From contig CM060731.1 in the NCBI GenBank assembly GCA_030704615.1, positions 85,622,001 to 85,686,000 on the forward strand: a stretch of DNA of 64,000 bases, given 5' to 3'. Of the stretch, positions 14,545-26,225 are shown piece after piece. Position numbers and translations under genes: made by a program. A model generated the notes under the pieces. That model was not told the origin of the DNA, searched no databases, and worked only from the letters and a program-made list of their open reading frames with translations. Origin of the DNA: Takakia lepidozioides. Its lineage: Eukaryota > Plantae > Bryophyta. Numbering within the stretch: the first letter of the stretch is position 1; each line of letters starts with the position of its first letter.

Positions 14545-15420
14545 GTACAGTGAACCGTTTCTCTGGGCCTGGAAAGGAAACTCATCATGTCCATCTTCCT
14601 GCAGACTATTCCATTGACGGTCATAGAGATGTCATCTGCATGATACCACAGACCTATAGGCCAATCTTGAATCACTCCATTGTCTGCGCCGAGTATGGCC
14701 AAACAGATTTATTTCATGACCCTAAAAACACCACCAGCTACCTATGTATCTCACCAAATGCAATGTTCAACCACATGGAATGCAATAAGTCACTGAAGAA
14801 ACTAATTGAGCTCCTGTTGAACCAGAGGAGGCTATGGACACAAGGAGAAATCTGATCCCAAAGCCTTACTTCCCAACTCACATTGGGACCAAAGCCAGTG
14901 GCGTCATACCACTAATTGCGATGAAACAGTTTTGTTCTCTCCTTATCAACTGCCTGCAGCGAGCGGACAGACTTGTAGGTCTTGGCACACTCAAGGGAAT
15001 CTGAAGGAACCCAATTGGTCCAGTAGCCATGTCAGTGTGATTATGGGTGTAGTTGCTCCACAGATAAATCGGCATGAAAGTGATGATCCCCTGAAAGTAA
15101 CTAGATCCCCGCAACTCGTTGGAACCACCCACCTAGATGAGGCCGCCTGAAGCTGCACTGAGGCCATGAATCCGCCAAATCACCCCCAAATCACACTTCT
15201 GTTGCTCTCACACGCCCACGATTCAGCTCACCGTGACAGCATCATCCTCCACCTCAGCCCGGGCCTTCAATGCGAACTTGCTTATTGTCAATTTTTTCCC
15301 TATCGAATATGTACTGAATCATGTAGAAAGTTGAATGAACACTTCAAGCTCGCTGAAAGAAAAGATGTGTCTTCAATGCATATTCGGTGTCTTTTCAATC
15401 TCTTTGCAAAGTAGGCACAA
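14545..15420 (-). pseudogene. Unidentified degenerate coding-like segment downstream of the MTase gene
   Basis: Broken minus-strand frames (GYWTNWVPSDSLECAKTYKSVRSLQAVDKERTKLFHRN*WYDATGFGPN followed by a GTGAGT donor; IQDWPIGLWYHADDISM). No family was recognised. Confidence 0.3.
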
Positions 15421-15633
15421 TTATAATGTTGGGTCAATGCCAAGCATTGTAAGCATGAGGAGATAGCAATGATTTGTCAATTATAAAATACATGTTTGCT
15501 CCATGGCCATTGACAAAGTGCCAACTGGACATTGTCTACATAACCAACATAGCACTATTTCTCAATGTTGTTGTGTTAGCACTAAGTAAGTGCGTGGTCC
15601 ATGGGGGTCCAAAATTCAGATGTGTTCTCAGAC

Positions 15634-18600
15634 TTACTCACAGGCAAAGTCGGAGTCCAGCTCCTTGTCGGAAGTCTCCCCTGTATTAATATCAACGGGT
15701 AGGGGCTTTGGAAGGACTTGAGAAGTGTGTCCACCCAAACCCATCAGGAGGTTCTTGTAAATCTCGGCATCCCCTTCAATCCCCAAAGAGATGTTGCGCA
15801 CTGGCCTTGCAAGCGTGGTACGAGGCACCTGTAGTGGAATACAATGAAGGAAACAGACATTGAAGACACATTTGGAACGGTGGGAAGAGCTGAAAGTGCA
15901 AGCTCAAACAAACCTCATGAAATGTGAATGTTGAAGAGACGAACCTGTGCCCATTGACAAATCCAGAACTCTGGCGTCTGTGTAGGTGCAACACTCCACA
16001 ATCGTCTAAATGAAAGTCGGGCTCCTCTCCCTGGCCCCTCTCCAAGGAACCCCATTCCCCCTTCGCAAGCACACGTTGATGTCCACATAGTTGTGGTGCA
16101 TGTCATCCGTGGGAGGATCTGTCCTCTCGTCTACGAACTTGCCCCCATGAGTGATGGCGAACTCTCTATTGACGGCTGGAGTCGTAGGTGGATGCACTCG
16201 GACGAGACAAACAGCTTCAAACAAACGAGTCTGCGAACAGGACATACACAAAGAACTAAGAAGCTTGAAAACCAGGCCCCTACATATTCATTTGAGCGAC
16301 TTATGCAACTCCATCCGAGAACCACCAAGAAGAGGAATAAGAAGGCAGATTTACCATCTCTCCGGGACGATCCCCCTTCGTCAGGTACATGCTGTTAACA
16401 CAATTCCATTTCTTCACGACCCTCATACCAAAGGCTTTCAAATAACTGGCAAGTGCATGGCGACAGCAAAGGTCGATGGACTGGATGAGCACCAAAACAC
16501 CTGCATCGGACAGAAAAAAATTGCAAAAGGAGAAAATCCACCGCCAGTAGCGCTCATCAAAAGCATTCCAACCTGGACAAGCACCCGATGGAGGGACATC
16601 CGGGACTGGCAACCCATCAGGGATGTCCAAGATGATTCATGAGTTCGGCTGCATATGGCTTCTCCTTCCTGTTGACCCAGGATTTGGTCATTTTTGCCTG
16701 CAAACAAGCATGCAATGGAATGCTCAAGAGGATTGAAACAATCCATGCCCACAACAGACAAGAAGCAAAAGACAACACGCACCGTGCCGAGGAACTCCAC
16801 AATCCTCTCCCACACTGGTGATGGTTCGCCCTTGTAATCAAATTTCTTGGACTCCATCATGGCAAGGAACCCGACATTGGCCATCTCCAACCTGGTAGGG
16901 CGAATGACCCTCGTGGGATGCTCCACTGCATGGTACGAGTCCTTGGGATCAACCACCCCCTTGTTCTTTCTCCCACATCCCCTACCATGCGGTGGAGTCT
17001 GCTGGACATCCACCAGAGGGCCAGTATCTGCAACACTTCCCTGCCCACCTACCTGCCCTTGTGCCCCCTTCCCCCTACCCCTTCCTTTCCCCACACCACC
17101 AGCAACATCCTTTCCCTTTGCCTTTCTACCTTTACCCAGTGTATCATGCGCGGGAGGCTCCTTCTCTGCAAGAGTCCTCAAATTTCTATCATGAATGTCG
17201 AGGTCGGCTGTTGCGGCGCTGGCTGCTGTACGCTCATTCTCTCTCCTCAAAGACACCTCCTGAGCTGGGGTCTCAGAAGCAGGGCAATCCAAATACCAAC
17301 CACAAGCAGAAAGATGGTCTGGGCCCCAGTCATGCAAGATCCTCATAGTAAACATGGTCTGGTTGCCAGCAGGGACAAGCCAAAGGTCCACGAAATCAGG
17401 ATGTTTGTCCAAGCAGTTCTCTGCCATGAGAACATACTTTATGTACCTGCAGGAACAGAGACAGCCTCATTATGCAATGCAAATATTGTCTCCCAACTTT
17501 TCCACCCCATCACGAAGAGTATGCGGCACAGTACACTCCACCACAAAACTCATATGAGCCAGGCAAAAACAGGTTGGATGGAGGAGAGTGTGTCTATGCA
17601 AAACAAAGAAGCACAGTCCATTTCGCACCTGTAAAGGCATCGTTTCCAGGCTTCCTCTCCTTTCTCTTGCTGGTCAAGCTCATTTGTTCGACTGATGCCA
17701 GCATCCTTGCTGAACTCTCTGAAGAAATAAGATTGCCACACTGTGGCTCTCCATTTCCTCATGTATACTTGGAAGGAGACCTTCGGTTCTGTCATGGTGA
17801 TCCCATAGTCAGCTAGCTGCGTATGTAGAACCGACCGGGCCCTTTCCTCCAACTGCAGACCAATACAAAAGCAAGAATGAACCCAAAAACAATCACAACC
17901 AATGTAACATGGAAAGAGAATGACCAAAAAGCGAAAAGAAAGTGACACAGCAAAGGACATCATACCTGGCTCCAGGAAGTGGCCTTGTGAAGCCATGTGT
18001 CCAGCACATTGTCACTGACAGGAATGACACGCTGGGTCTTCTTCTCTTTCTCCGGCCTGGGGAACATGTGGGTATCCCTAACAGTAGGATCGGAGTTCCA
18101 GATCTGTAGCCACTTCATCTTCTGTTCTGAAGACACAATAGCAGTAGACAACCTGTGTAACTTCTCCTGGGCCATCTCCGGCTTGCCTGGCTTGTTGTAA
18201 TGGGTTTTCACCTCTTGAAGGAACTCTGGTCCGAAGGTTGGGTCTGCAATTCTCAGTTGTTTCACAAAAGCATTCATAATAGTCCTTCTTGTGGCGGTCA
18301 TCTCTTTCTGGATGTGACTCTCAGCACCCTTTGCTGTCCTTCTCTCCTCAGCGGTAGAGTTGTAGTATTCCAGTTTGCCACGCTCTCCTGCATCTGCAAT
18401 GTCTTGCTGCAAGGGAATGCACAAGAGTTGCATCAACCCAAGGGCAAGGGAAACAAACAGAAACAAACATGTGGAAGCAGGAATATCGAAAGGCCAGATG
18501 ATGGAAGATGTATCTCACCGCGTACATATACTCCATGAAAGCCTCACGGGTCAACGAGTACCACATTTCTGATGTCTTGGAGCTTTTGCAGTTCTTATAC

Positions 18601-21600
18601 GTCTCTGCTGAAAGGATGGTCTTGAAGTTGGTCAAGGGCATCTGCCCGATCCTTTGTATCCTATACAGTGTGTGAACCAGACTCGTTTTGACATGCAATG
18701 TCTCCGTCCCTCTGCAGAATGATGTCTGAAAGTCAGAATGAAATTCAAGGACCGTCAACAGAGGACTGGAACCAAAAAACCACGGAACCACAAGTGGAAC
18801 ATGTAGAATTAGAAACCAACCTATTGACATCATTCATTGCCGTCAGAAGACCCATCATGTTCCCGTCACAATCCAGCACCATCGATCGAACAGAGTAATG
18901 CCACTCTTCCTCCTGTGAGTGCAACCTCCCAATGACAGCCATCCATGCAAGCAACCGGTGGTTGCCATCCCAAACGTGAAACATCTTCCCTGAGAATGCC
19001 TGGGTGGAAGGTTTCCTGGAGAGAAGAAGTTCGAAGGATTCGTTCACCTGTCTCCAAATGGGATCCCAGGAGTCCACGATTGACTCATCCACAAGGAGCT
19101 CATTGCCTCTGGAATCCCTTGTAGAAATGTAAAAGACTGCGGATCCATCCAAATACCCATGAACAAACTCGGCCTCCAGCTTCGGGATGTCCTTAATGAG
19201 GGGTGGACGAACGACGGGCATGGAAACCAACCTACACAGGGGAATCATCAACCTCCCACCCGGGGCAAGCATACTTTGCACCACAAGCTGAGAGTTTACC
19301 TTCTGACCCCCCAGCATCTCAACGGCTTTGCTTTCATAGAACTCATCGTCCACATCAACAATGATCTCCTTCCCTTGCCCCGAAGGGATCTCATCCGCCA
19401 TACTTTGCATTTTCTCCTGCAGGGTTGTTCATTCAAATTGATATAAGAGAGAGGCATGAAACCATGGTGTTTTGAGCATGGCAGACAGACCCTGTGTGGC
19501 CCAATTTCTCATCAGAAAACAAGCATTGTGGGGGCCGAAAACACTGTGCGCTGCTGCACATTGTTTCAGCTTCCAAATAGTGGTGTTTTGAACATGATAT
19601 TTGGCCCTATGTGACACATTTCCACAAAAAAAACAGGCAGAGAGGAGGCCAAGAAAGGGGCACAAACAGTGTGTGTTGCCGCACACTCTTCGTGCGTCCA
19701 ACTATGGGAGTTTTGAGAGTGCATACTGGCCCTGTTTGGCCCAATTTCACATAGAAAAACAAGCAGAGAGGGGGCTCAAAACAATGTGCGTTGCCGCACA
19801 CTGTTTGAGCTTCCAATAAGGGTTGGATTCAACCTGCCAGAGTGGCCCTAGGTGCCCGATTTTCACATAAAAAAACAAGCAGATAAGGGGGCTCAAATAG
19901 TGTGCGTTGTTGCACACTGTTTGAGCTTGCAATAAGGTGTGATTTTAACATGGCATAATGGCCATGAGAGGCCAATTTTGAAATAAAATAAAAGGCAGTG
20001 AAGGGGGCTCAAACAGTGTGCGTTGGCGCACACTGTTTGAGCTTCCATTTCAGGGTGGATTCAACCTGCCAAACTGGCCCTAGGTGCACAATTTTCATGT
20101 CCAAAAACAAGCAAATCAGGGGGCTCAAATAGTGTGCGTTGACGCACACTGTTTGGGCTGCCAGGTAAGTGTGAATTGAACCTGACAGAGATGACCTTTG
20201 TGGTCGATTCTAAAATGAAAAAATAATGTCAAGTGTGGGCTCAAATAGTGTGCAATGCCGCACACTGTTTGAGCTTCCAAAAAGGGGTGAAATGAACCTT
20301 AGAGAGAGGCGACTGTGTGCACGATTTTCACATTAAAGAAACAATTACAAGGGGGGCTCAAACAGTGTGAGTTGACGCACACTGTTTGAGCTGCCAGGTT
20401 TGTGGATTGAACCTCACAGAGATACCCTGTCTAGACGATTTTATTATGAAAAAGAACAATGAGAAGGGGGGCTCAAACAGTGTGCGTTGGCGCACACTGT
20501 TTGAGTTTCGAAATAGGGGTGGATTGAACCAGACAGATAGGCCCTTGTGTGCACTACTTAAACACCCAAAAACAAGGCAAACGGGGGGCTCAAACAGTGT
20601 GCATTGCCGCACACTGTTTGAGCTCCAATTCGGGGTGGATTCAACCTGCCAGATTGGCCCTACGTGCCCGATTTTCACATGAAGGAACAAGCTAAAAATG
20701 GGGCTCAAACAGTGTGCATTGCCGCACACTGTTTGAGCTTCCAAATAGGGGTGGAATGGACCTGCCAGAGTGGCCCTATGTGGCCGATTTTCACATGAAA
20801 AAAACAATGAGGGGCTCAAACAGTTGACGCACACTGTTTGAGCTACCAGGAAATTGTTCATTGAACCTCACACAGATACCCTGTCTAGACGATTTTATTA
20901 TGAAAAAAAACAATCACAAAGGGGGGCTCAAACAGTGTGCTTTGGTGCACACTGTTTGAGCTGCCAGGAAATTGTTCATTGAACCTCAGAGAGATACCCT
21001 GTCTCGACGATTTTATTATGATAAAACAATTAGAAGGGGGGCTCAAACAGTGTGCGTTGGCGCACACTGTTTGAGCTTCGAATTAGGGGTGGATTGAACC
21101 AGACAGAGAGGCCCCTGTGTGCACCATTTCCACACCAGAAAACAAGGCACAAGGGGGGCTCAAACAGTGTGCGTTGACGCACACTGTTTAAGCTTCCAAT
21201 TCGGGGTGGATTGAACCTGCCAGAGTGGCCCTATGTGGCCGTTTTGAACATGAAAAAACAAGCAAAATGGGGGGCTCAAACAGTGTGCGGTGCTGCACAC
21301 TATTTGAGCTTCCAATTCGGTGTGGATTGAACCTGCCCTATGTGGCCGATTTGAACATGAAAAAACAATCAAAATGGGGGGCTCAAACAGTGTGCGGTGC
21401 CGCACTCTGTTTGAGCCTCCAATTCGGGGTGGATTGAACCTGCCAGAGTGGCCCTATGTGGTCGATTTTCAAATGAAAAAAACAATGAGAAGGTGGGCTC
21501 AAACAATGTGCGTTGACGCACACTGTTTGAGCTGCCAGGTAAGTGTGCATTGAAGCTCAAAGACATGCCCTATGTGGCCGATTTTCAGATGAAAAAAACA

Positions 21601-22714
21601 ATGACAAGGTGGGCTCAAACAATGTGCGTTGAGGCACACTGTTTGAGCTACCAGGTAAGTGTGCATTGAACCTCAAAGACATGCCCTATGTGGCTGATTT
21701 TCACATGAACAAAACAATGACAAGGTGGACTCAAACAGTGTGCGTTGACGCACACTGTTTGAGCTGCCAGGTAAGTGTGCATTGAACCTCAAAGACCTGC
21801 CCTATGTGGCCGATTTTCACATGAAAAAAACAATGACAAGGTGGGCTCAAACAGTGTGCGTTGACGCACACTGTTTGAGCTGCCAAGTAAAAACAATGAC
21901 AAGGTGGGCTCAAATAGTGTGCGTTGACGCACAATGCTGGAGCTGCCAGGAAGTTGTTGATTGAACCTCATAGAGATACCCTATTTGGACGATTTTATTG
22001 TGAAAAAAACAATGAGAAGGGGGGCTCGAACAATGTTCGTTGGCGCACACTGTTTGAGCTTCGAAATAGGGGTGGATTGAACCGGACAGAGAGGCCCCTG
22101 TGTGCACCATTTCCACACCAAAAAACAAGGCATAAGGGGGGCTCAAACAGTGTGCGTTGCCGCACACTGTTTGAGCTTCCAATTCGGGGTGGATTGAACC
22201 TGCCATAGTGGCCCTATGTGGCCGTTTTGCACATCAAAAAACAAGCAAAATGGGGGGCTCAAACAGTGTGCATTGCCGCACACTGTTTGAGCTTCCAATT
22301 TGGGCGCCAAAGATGCCGTGTGTAGGCTATTTTCATATCAAAATACAATCACAACTGGGGTTCACATCACCAATGAAGCACAAAGGTGGGTCTCAAACAT
22401 TGTACCTTTTTTTTGGCTGCTCCAGAAGACTCCCCAATCGCCGGGGACCCTTTGCGCTTCGGACTGCTCTCTACGCCGAGCATGTTCTGGAGCATCTTCC
22501 CCATCCTCTTTTCCACTATCTGGTTCTTCGTGAGGCCAGCATCAACATCATCTTTGGCGTCCGTCTCTTCCTCGGATGCAGTCTCCTCCTCACCTGTTCT
22601 TGGAAGTATGGCGGGCTGTTGTTCTTCTCCATATTCCTGCTCTTCCATCGCCAGACTTTCCTCTTTGCCCTCTTCTTCCTCCTTGTCCTCTTCGTCTACT
22701 CTTTCCATCCTCAT
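15634..22714 (-). pseudogene. ParB/Srx-like domain + beta-class N4C/N6A DNA methyltransferase-like fusion gene, 9 exons, about 1,080 codons, 3 disabling lesions in the MTase part
   Basis: Exons: 22406-22714, 18821-19416, 18519-18711, 17966-18406, 17629-17852, 16783-17446, 16355-16697, 15945-16230, 15634-15828. All introns are GT..AG and the phases match. ParB/Srx motif FHVWDGNHRLLAW has DGNHR at 18955-18969. The motif IV-like AEL/IILDIPDG has DIPD at 16616-16627, followed by FLSDAGVLVL. Motifs X/I/II read WRGARERSPTFI*TIVECCTYTDARVLDLSMGTGASYHACKASAQHLFG/IEGDAEIY. Lesions: a frameshift at about 16637-16640, a TAG at 16006-16008, and an extra G at about 15781-15784. Confidence 0.8.
19530..22300. 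repeat. 116-bp-period tandem array of about 25 palindromes GCTCAAACAGTGTGCG-N4-CGCACACTGTTTGAGC, inside intron 1 of the ParB-MTase gene
   Basis: CTCAAA starts at 19892, 20008, 20124, 20240, 20357, 20473, 20589 ... 22142, 22258. The roughly 80-bp linkers fall into about 4 related types. Two degenerate copies lie at about 19535 and 19660. Confidence 0.95.
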
Positions 22715-22840
22715 TCTATATCTGGCTCTATTCCTGTCCCTAGTGCTCGTGAAGTATAACGACTTCCTTCTCTTCCTCCTCCGGTGGAAACAAGGGCTCC
22801 CCACGCTGCCTCTAGAGCTCTCTAGTTTGACGTTTGCAAT

Positions 22841-24592
22841 AAGGGTTGCTATGGCATGTAACCAATATAAAAAATTTGCGGGTGTCATCATTGTGTACGA
22901 ACGGAATTCATCCATTTCGGCGTCTTTGTATTATCCAAGAAATAAAGTGGTAGAAAAAAAGTAGATCCGTTGCATGTACTTGTGGTATATGTCAGATGTA
23001 CTTCGCCGCCTGCCAATACATGGCAGCCTTCTTGCATTCTTTCAAATTCGGAAGTGCCGTAGAAATCTAATGCTAGTTCAATTTCGAGCAGTACTTGCAG
23101 ATTCGCAATAATTGTTATGCTTCACATATGCATCCACGTGTGTTGTACTGCCTACCCTGCGGTTTGCATTTCGCCGTCACCGTCGCAATGGGGTCATTCG
23201 GTATAAAGGGTCGGCAATGGTCATGTGTTGCACACATTCGTGCGAGGTGTCTCCCGGAGTGTCAGTGTTTGTGTTGTGCTCTTGTGGCACAACACAACCT
23301 CATTAGATTCGGAGTCTTCTTGTTTACTGCTCTCCAGGGTTGTTGCCGTCTTTCCATAATGGATGGTTTCATGTCATGTTCAAGGTTTGTTTTTCATCCA
23401 AATACAACACGGCTTCTCGTGGCTTCTTGTGGCTTCTTGTCTTAGAAAACAGTTTTTCTGGTTGGTGTCTCTCAGTATGGCTGTTAGCGAAGTTCGGTGC
23501 ATGTCATTCCTACATCCTTTGCATGCATCGCCTGCAGTCTTTGGGTCAGTGCTACCCTTATTGACCTTAGTTTGTTCGGGGTGGATCCCCTTTCAAGAAA
23601 TACGGGCTATCGGTTCGGGGATTCCGTTGTGAATTGCAACTCTCGGTCAGTGTAGGAAAACATGTCTAGGGAGCGAGATAGACTCGCTCGATTTCATTCT
23701 AATGCAGGTAGTCTTCCACTGACTGCCACTGCCAATGACGATGGGTTTGCAGTTGTTCATGAGGATGAGCTGGTTACAGTGTTCCCACTGGAATTGGGTT
23801 CTCTGCTTGTTCAAAAAGAGGTGTATGACGAGGATGGGAATTTGGATTCTGGGCACTTGGAGAAACCATTGGTTGGCGAGTGTGGAAGGAAGTGGAGAGT
23901 CCTTCCAAGCACATACTGGGTAAGAGAGAAGACAATCAGCAGGATCAGTAGTTACCCCTGGCACTGCAGCATCGGTCGTGCAGCAGAAGGGCACAGTTCA
24001 TGTGAAATAAGAGGTGAGCACATCCACTACATTTGTGACTCTTTCAGACTCGTCCTCGGAGGATGTTCCTGAGATTCCTCCGCCAGTGCAGACTCCATTC
24101 TTGGATGATGACAAATTGTAGGAGATAACGAATGTCATTCCGAAATTGAAAGCCCTCGCAGGGGTGCCTGGGTGCAAGAGCGAGCTGCGTTTTGTTGATT
24201 GGGAGTCCTTTCGTGTGCAGCGGGCTCAATACGTGCCAACAGAGTTTGATGGGGACATCTTGTTTGAGCTCAACCCTCCCACGTCTTCCAGTGGATTAGC
24301 TGGGCTTCTACAAAGCATGGTTAAGAAACTTGACGGACACCCTTGGCGCAGGACAAAAACATCGAACATCCACAACGACATTGGATTGAAATTTCGAAGG
24401 TCGGTTTGCGTTGGGCATTGCAAGTGCGTGAATATTTCTTGCCTTTGCCTGAGAAACAACGCTAAACCAAACGAAAGTGAGTGGGAAGGTGTGCCCCTGA
24501 ATCCTTTCACCCCACGGCTTGCCCCTCCCAAGACCAATACTTTTGTGTGTAGGTTCTGCAAACTTTCCCCATCCTGTGTTTCTGTGTGCCAC
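22841..24592 (+). mobile_element. MULE copy A: possible left terminus plus degenerate 5' transposase (GCM-like Zn domain), cut by an LTR at 24593
   Basis: AGGGTTGCTATGGCATG at 22842 resembles the MULE TIRs at 36052, 43664 and 61963. Peptides VTPGTAASVV, LSDSSSEDVP, PTEFDGDILFELNPP and DGHPWRRTKTSNI...CVGHCKCVNISC...NESEWEG...CRFCK are homologous to 35041-36051 and 41122-42200. Confidence 0.7.
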
Positions 24593-26191
24593 TGTCGCGC
24601 ACCTCACTTCGGTAAGCTCTCCCCTCAAGTCATAGTTACTCGCTTGATGCGCGCGCCTAACTCCCAACCTGGCCGCCAAGCCAACTTGGAGCTCCGGCTG
24701 CTCACCGGGGCATAACGGTCCCCCCTTTGATCTCCCAAAGAACCCTCCAACAATTTCGAACCAGCGGAATTCCCTTTGGTAGTTGGCAGTCCGGAACAGC
24801 TCCCCACTCTTTGGTCGCTTTCCAGCTCACTCGCTTACTCACTAGTTTTTGGTCACCAACGGGCTTGCACCGTTCTCGTGTTTACTACTCCCTATATATA
24901 CTTCTGTAGCTGTCCGCGGGGGTTTCACAAACAACCATGCCATTTTATGGCGAACCACCACGAACACCCTCGACTCCCGGTGATGAGTCGCGGTGAGTCT
25001 TGGCCCACCCACCACGACCCCTATGACCGTGATGAGTCCCAAGACTCCCCATGACTCCCACCACGAGGTCTCCGCCCTAGGGTGAGTCCTATGCCACCCC
25101 CACTAAGTCCCACTAAGCTACCACCACCCCTTGTGGAGCCACCCCCACCGCAACCCGGTGTGCGGGGCTCCACCTAGTGAGCGCCTCGGCCTCCTTGAGT
25201 GCCTTGGGCACTCAAGGGTGCTTCAGCCCCCCATACCTATCGCTGCCACTGCCCCCACCACAGGGGCACCCCCTCTTGTGTCCCGACCCCCCCTGCCCTC
25301 AAGGCAAAGGGCCGCGACACACACCCCTACCAACAGGGAGTCGATGTCCTCATCGGCTTGTCCATTTTGTGGAAACGAACATCCAAGTTGTGGTGTCCCA
25401 CATCAAGGAGTTTGTTTCTGTACCATGGCGTCCCATGGCAAAGAACCAAACCCCACACTTGACTCTACTCTCCATTAGCTAGTTCGGCCGACTTCCTCCA
25501 AGTCCCGGCCAAGGGCGGAGCCTCTCAAGCTCCTCCCAGTGCACTCTTCTTGGCCTACTTCAAGGCCAAGGAACGATCCTCCCCGAGGATCGAATCGCCT
25601 TACTGCAACAACATTGCTTGCGACCGCTCATGATGCCGCTTTTGGCATCACCTCGAGCAAGGGTTCACCTCGAACCCTCTTTGACTAGGAAGATAACCTT
25701 GAACCAACCGTGCGCCCCAATCACTACAATTGGGTCTGCCTTGGAATGTTGGCCTGAGGTACGGGAACACGCCGAAGCCACACTACGACTTCGTCCCGAG
25801 GCTACACGATTATAGTACATGAACGGAATCACGTAGCTTCCGCGTTAGCCCGCACTACAAAGCAACCCCCTCGGTAGCGCAGTTATAGTATGCGCGCGCG
25901 CCAGGTGCGCACTAGCACGTGAACTCCTAAAGAAGGCGCAAGTTTCCTTGCCCCTTGGATGGGAGTCACCCGATTTCGGCACTGCGCAAACACACGATTA
26001 ACCCAATTTACCTCTCCCACTTTTGTAAGCTAGCATGCATTCTACACACTAGCCAACCACACCATGCATCACCATTCCAAACAAAATAGGACGCACAACA
26101 TTTGGAACCCATTTCCTTTATAGCAAATTTTTGTACAATACAAGTTTTTGCAATCGGATTCCTAAGCTAGCTAAGCCGGGCTAAGCATGCA
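24593..26191 (-). repeat. 3' LTR (about 1.6 kb) of a chromoviral gypsy element
   Basis: TG...CA termini (plus TGTCGC at 24593; GCATGCA ending 26191). A polypurine tract (plus TTTCCTCCCCC, 26192-26202) is directly adjacent. The segment at about 25110-25735 recurs at about 49220-49830. Confidence 0.75.
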
Positions 26192-26225
26192 TTTCCTCCC
26201 CCATGCTCCAAGGTTGATGTCCCCA

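Noticed and set aside
19429-22208. Cys/His-rich ORFs (AQTVCGNAHCLSP repeats) resembling zinc fingers
   Set aside because: They are translations of the 116-bp repeat, broken by stops and shifting frame between units.
19530-22300. CRISPR array
   Set aside because: The palindromic repeat looks CRISPR-like, but the roughly 80-bp spacers are mutually homologous and recur in blocks. No cas genes are present and the context is a eukaryotic intron.
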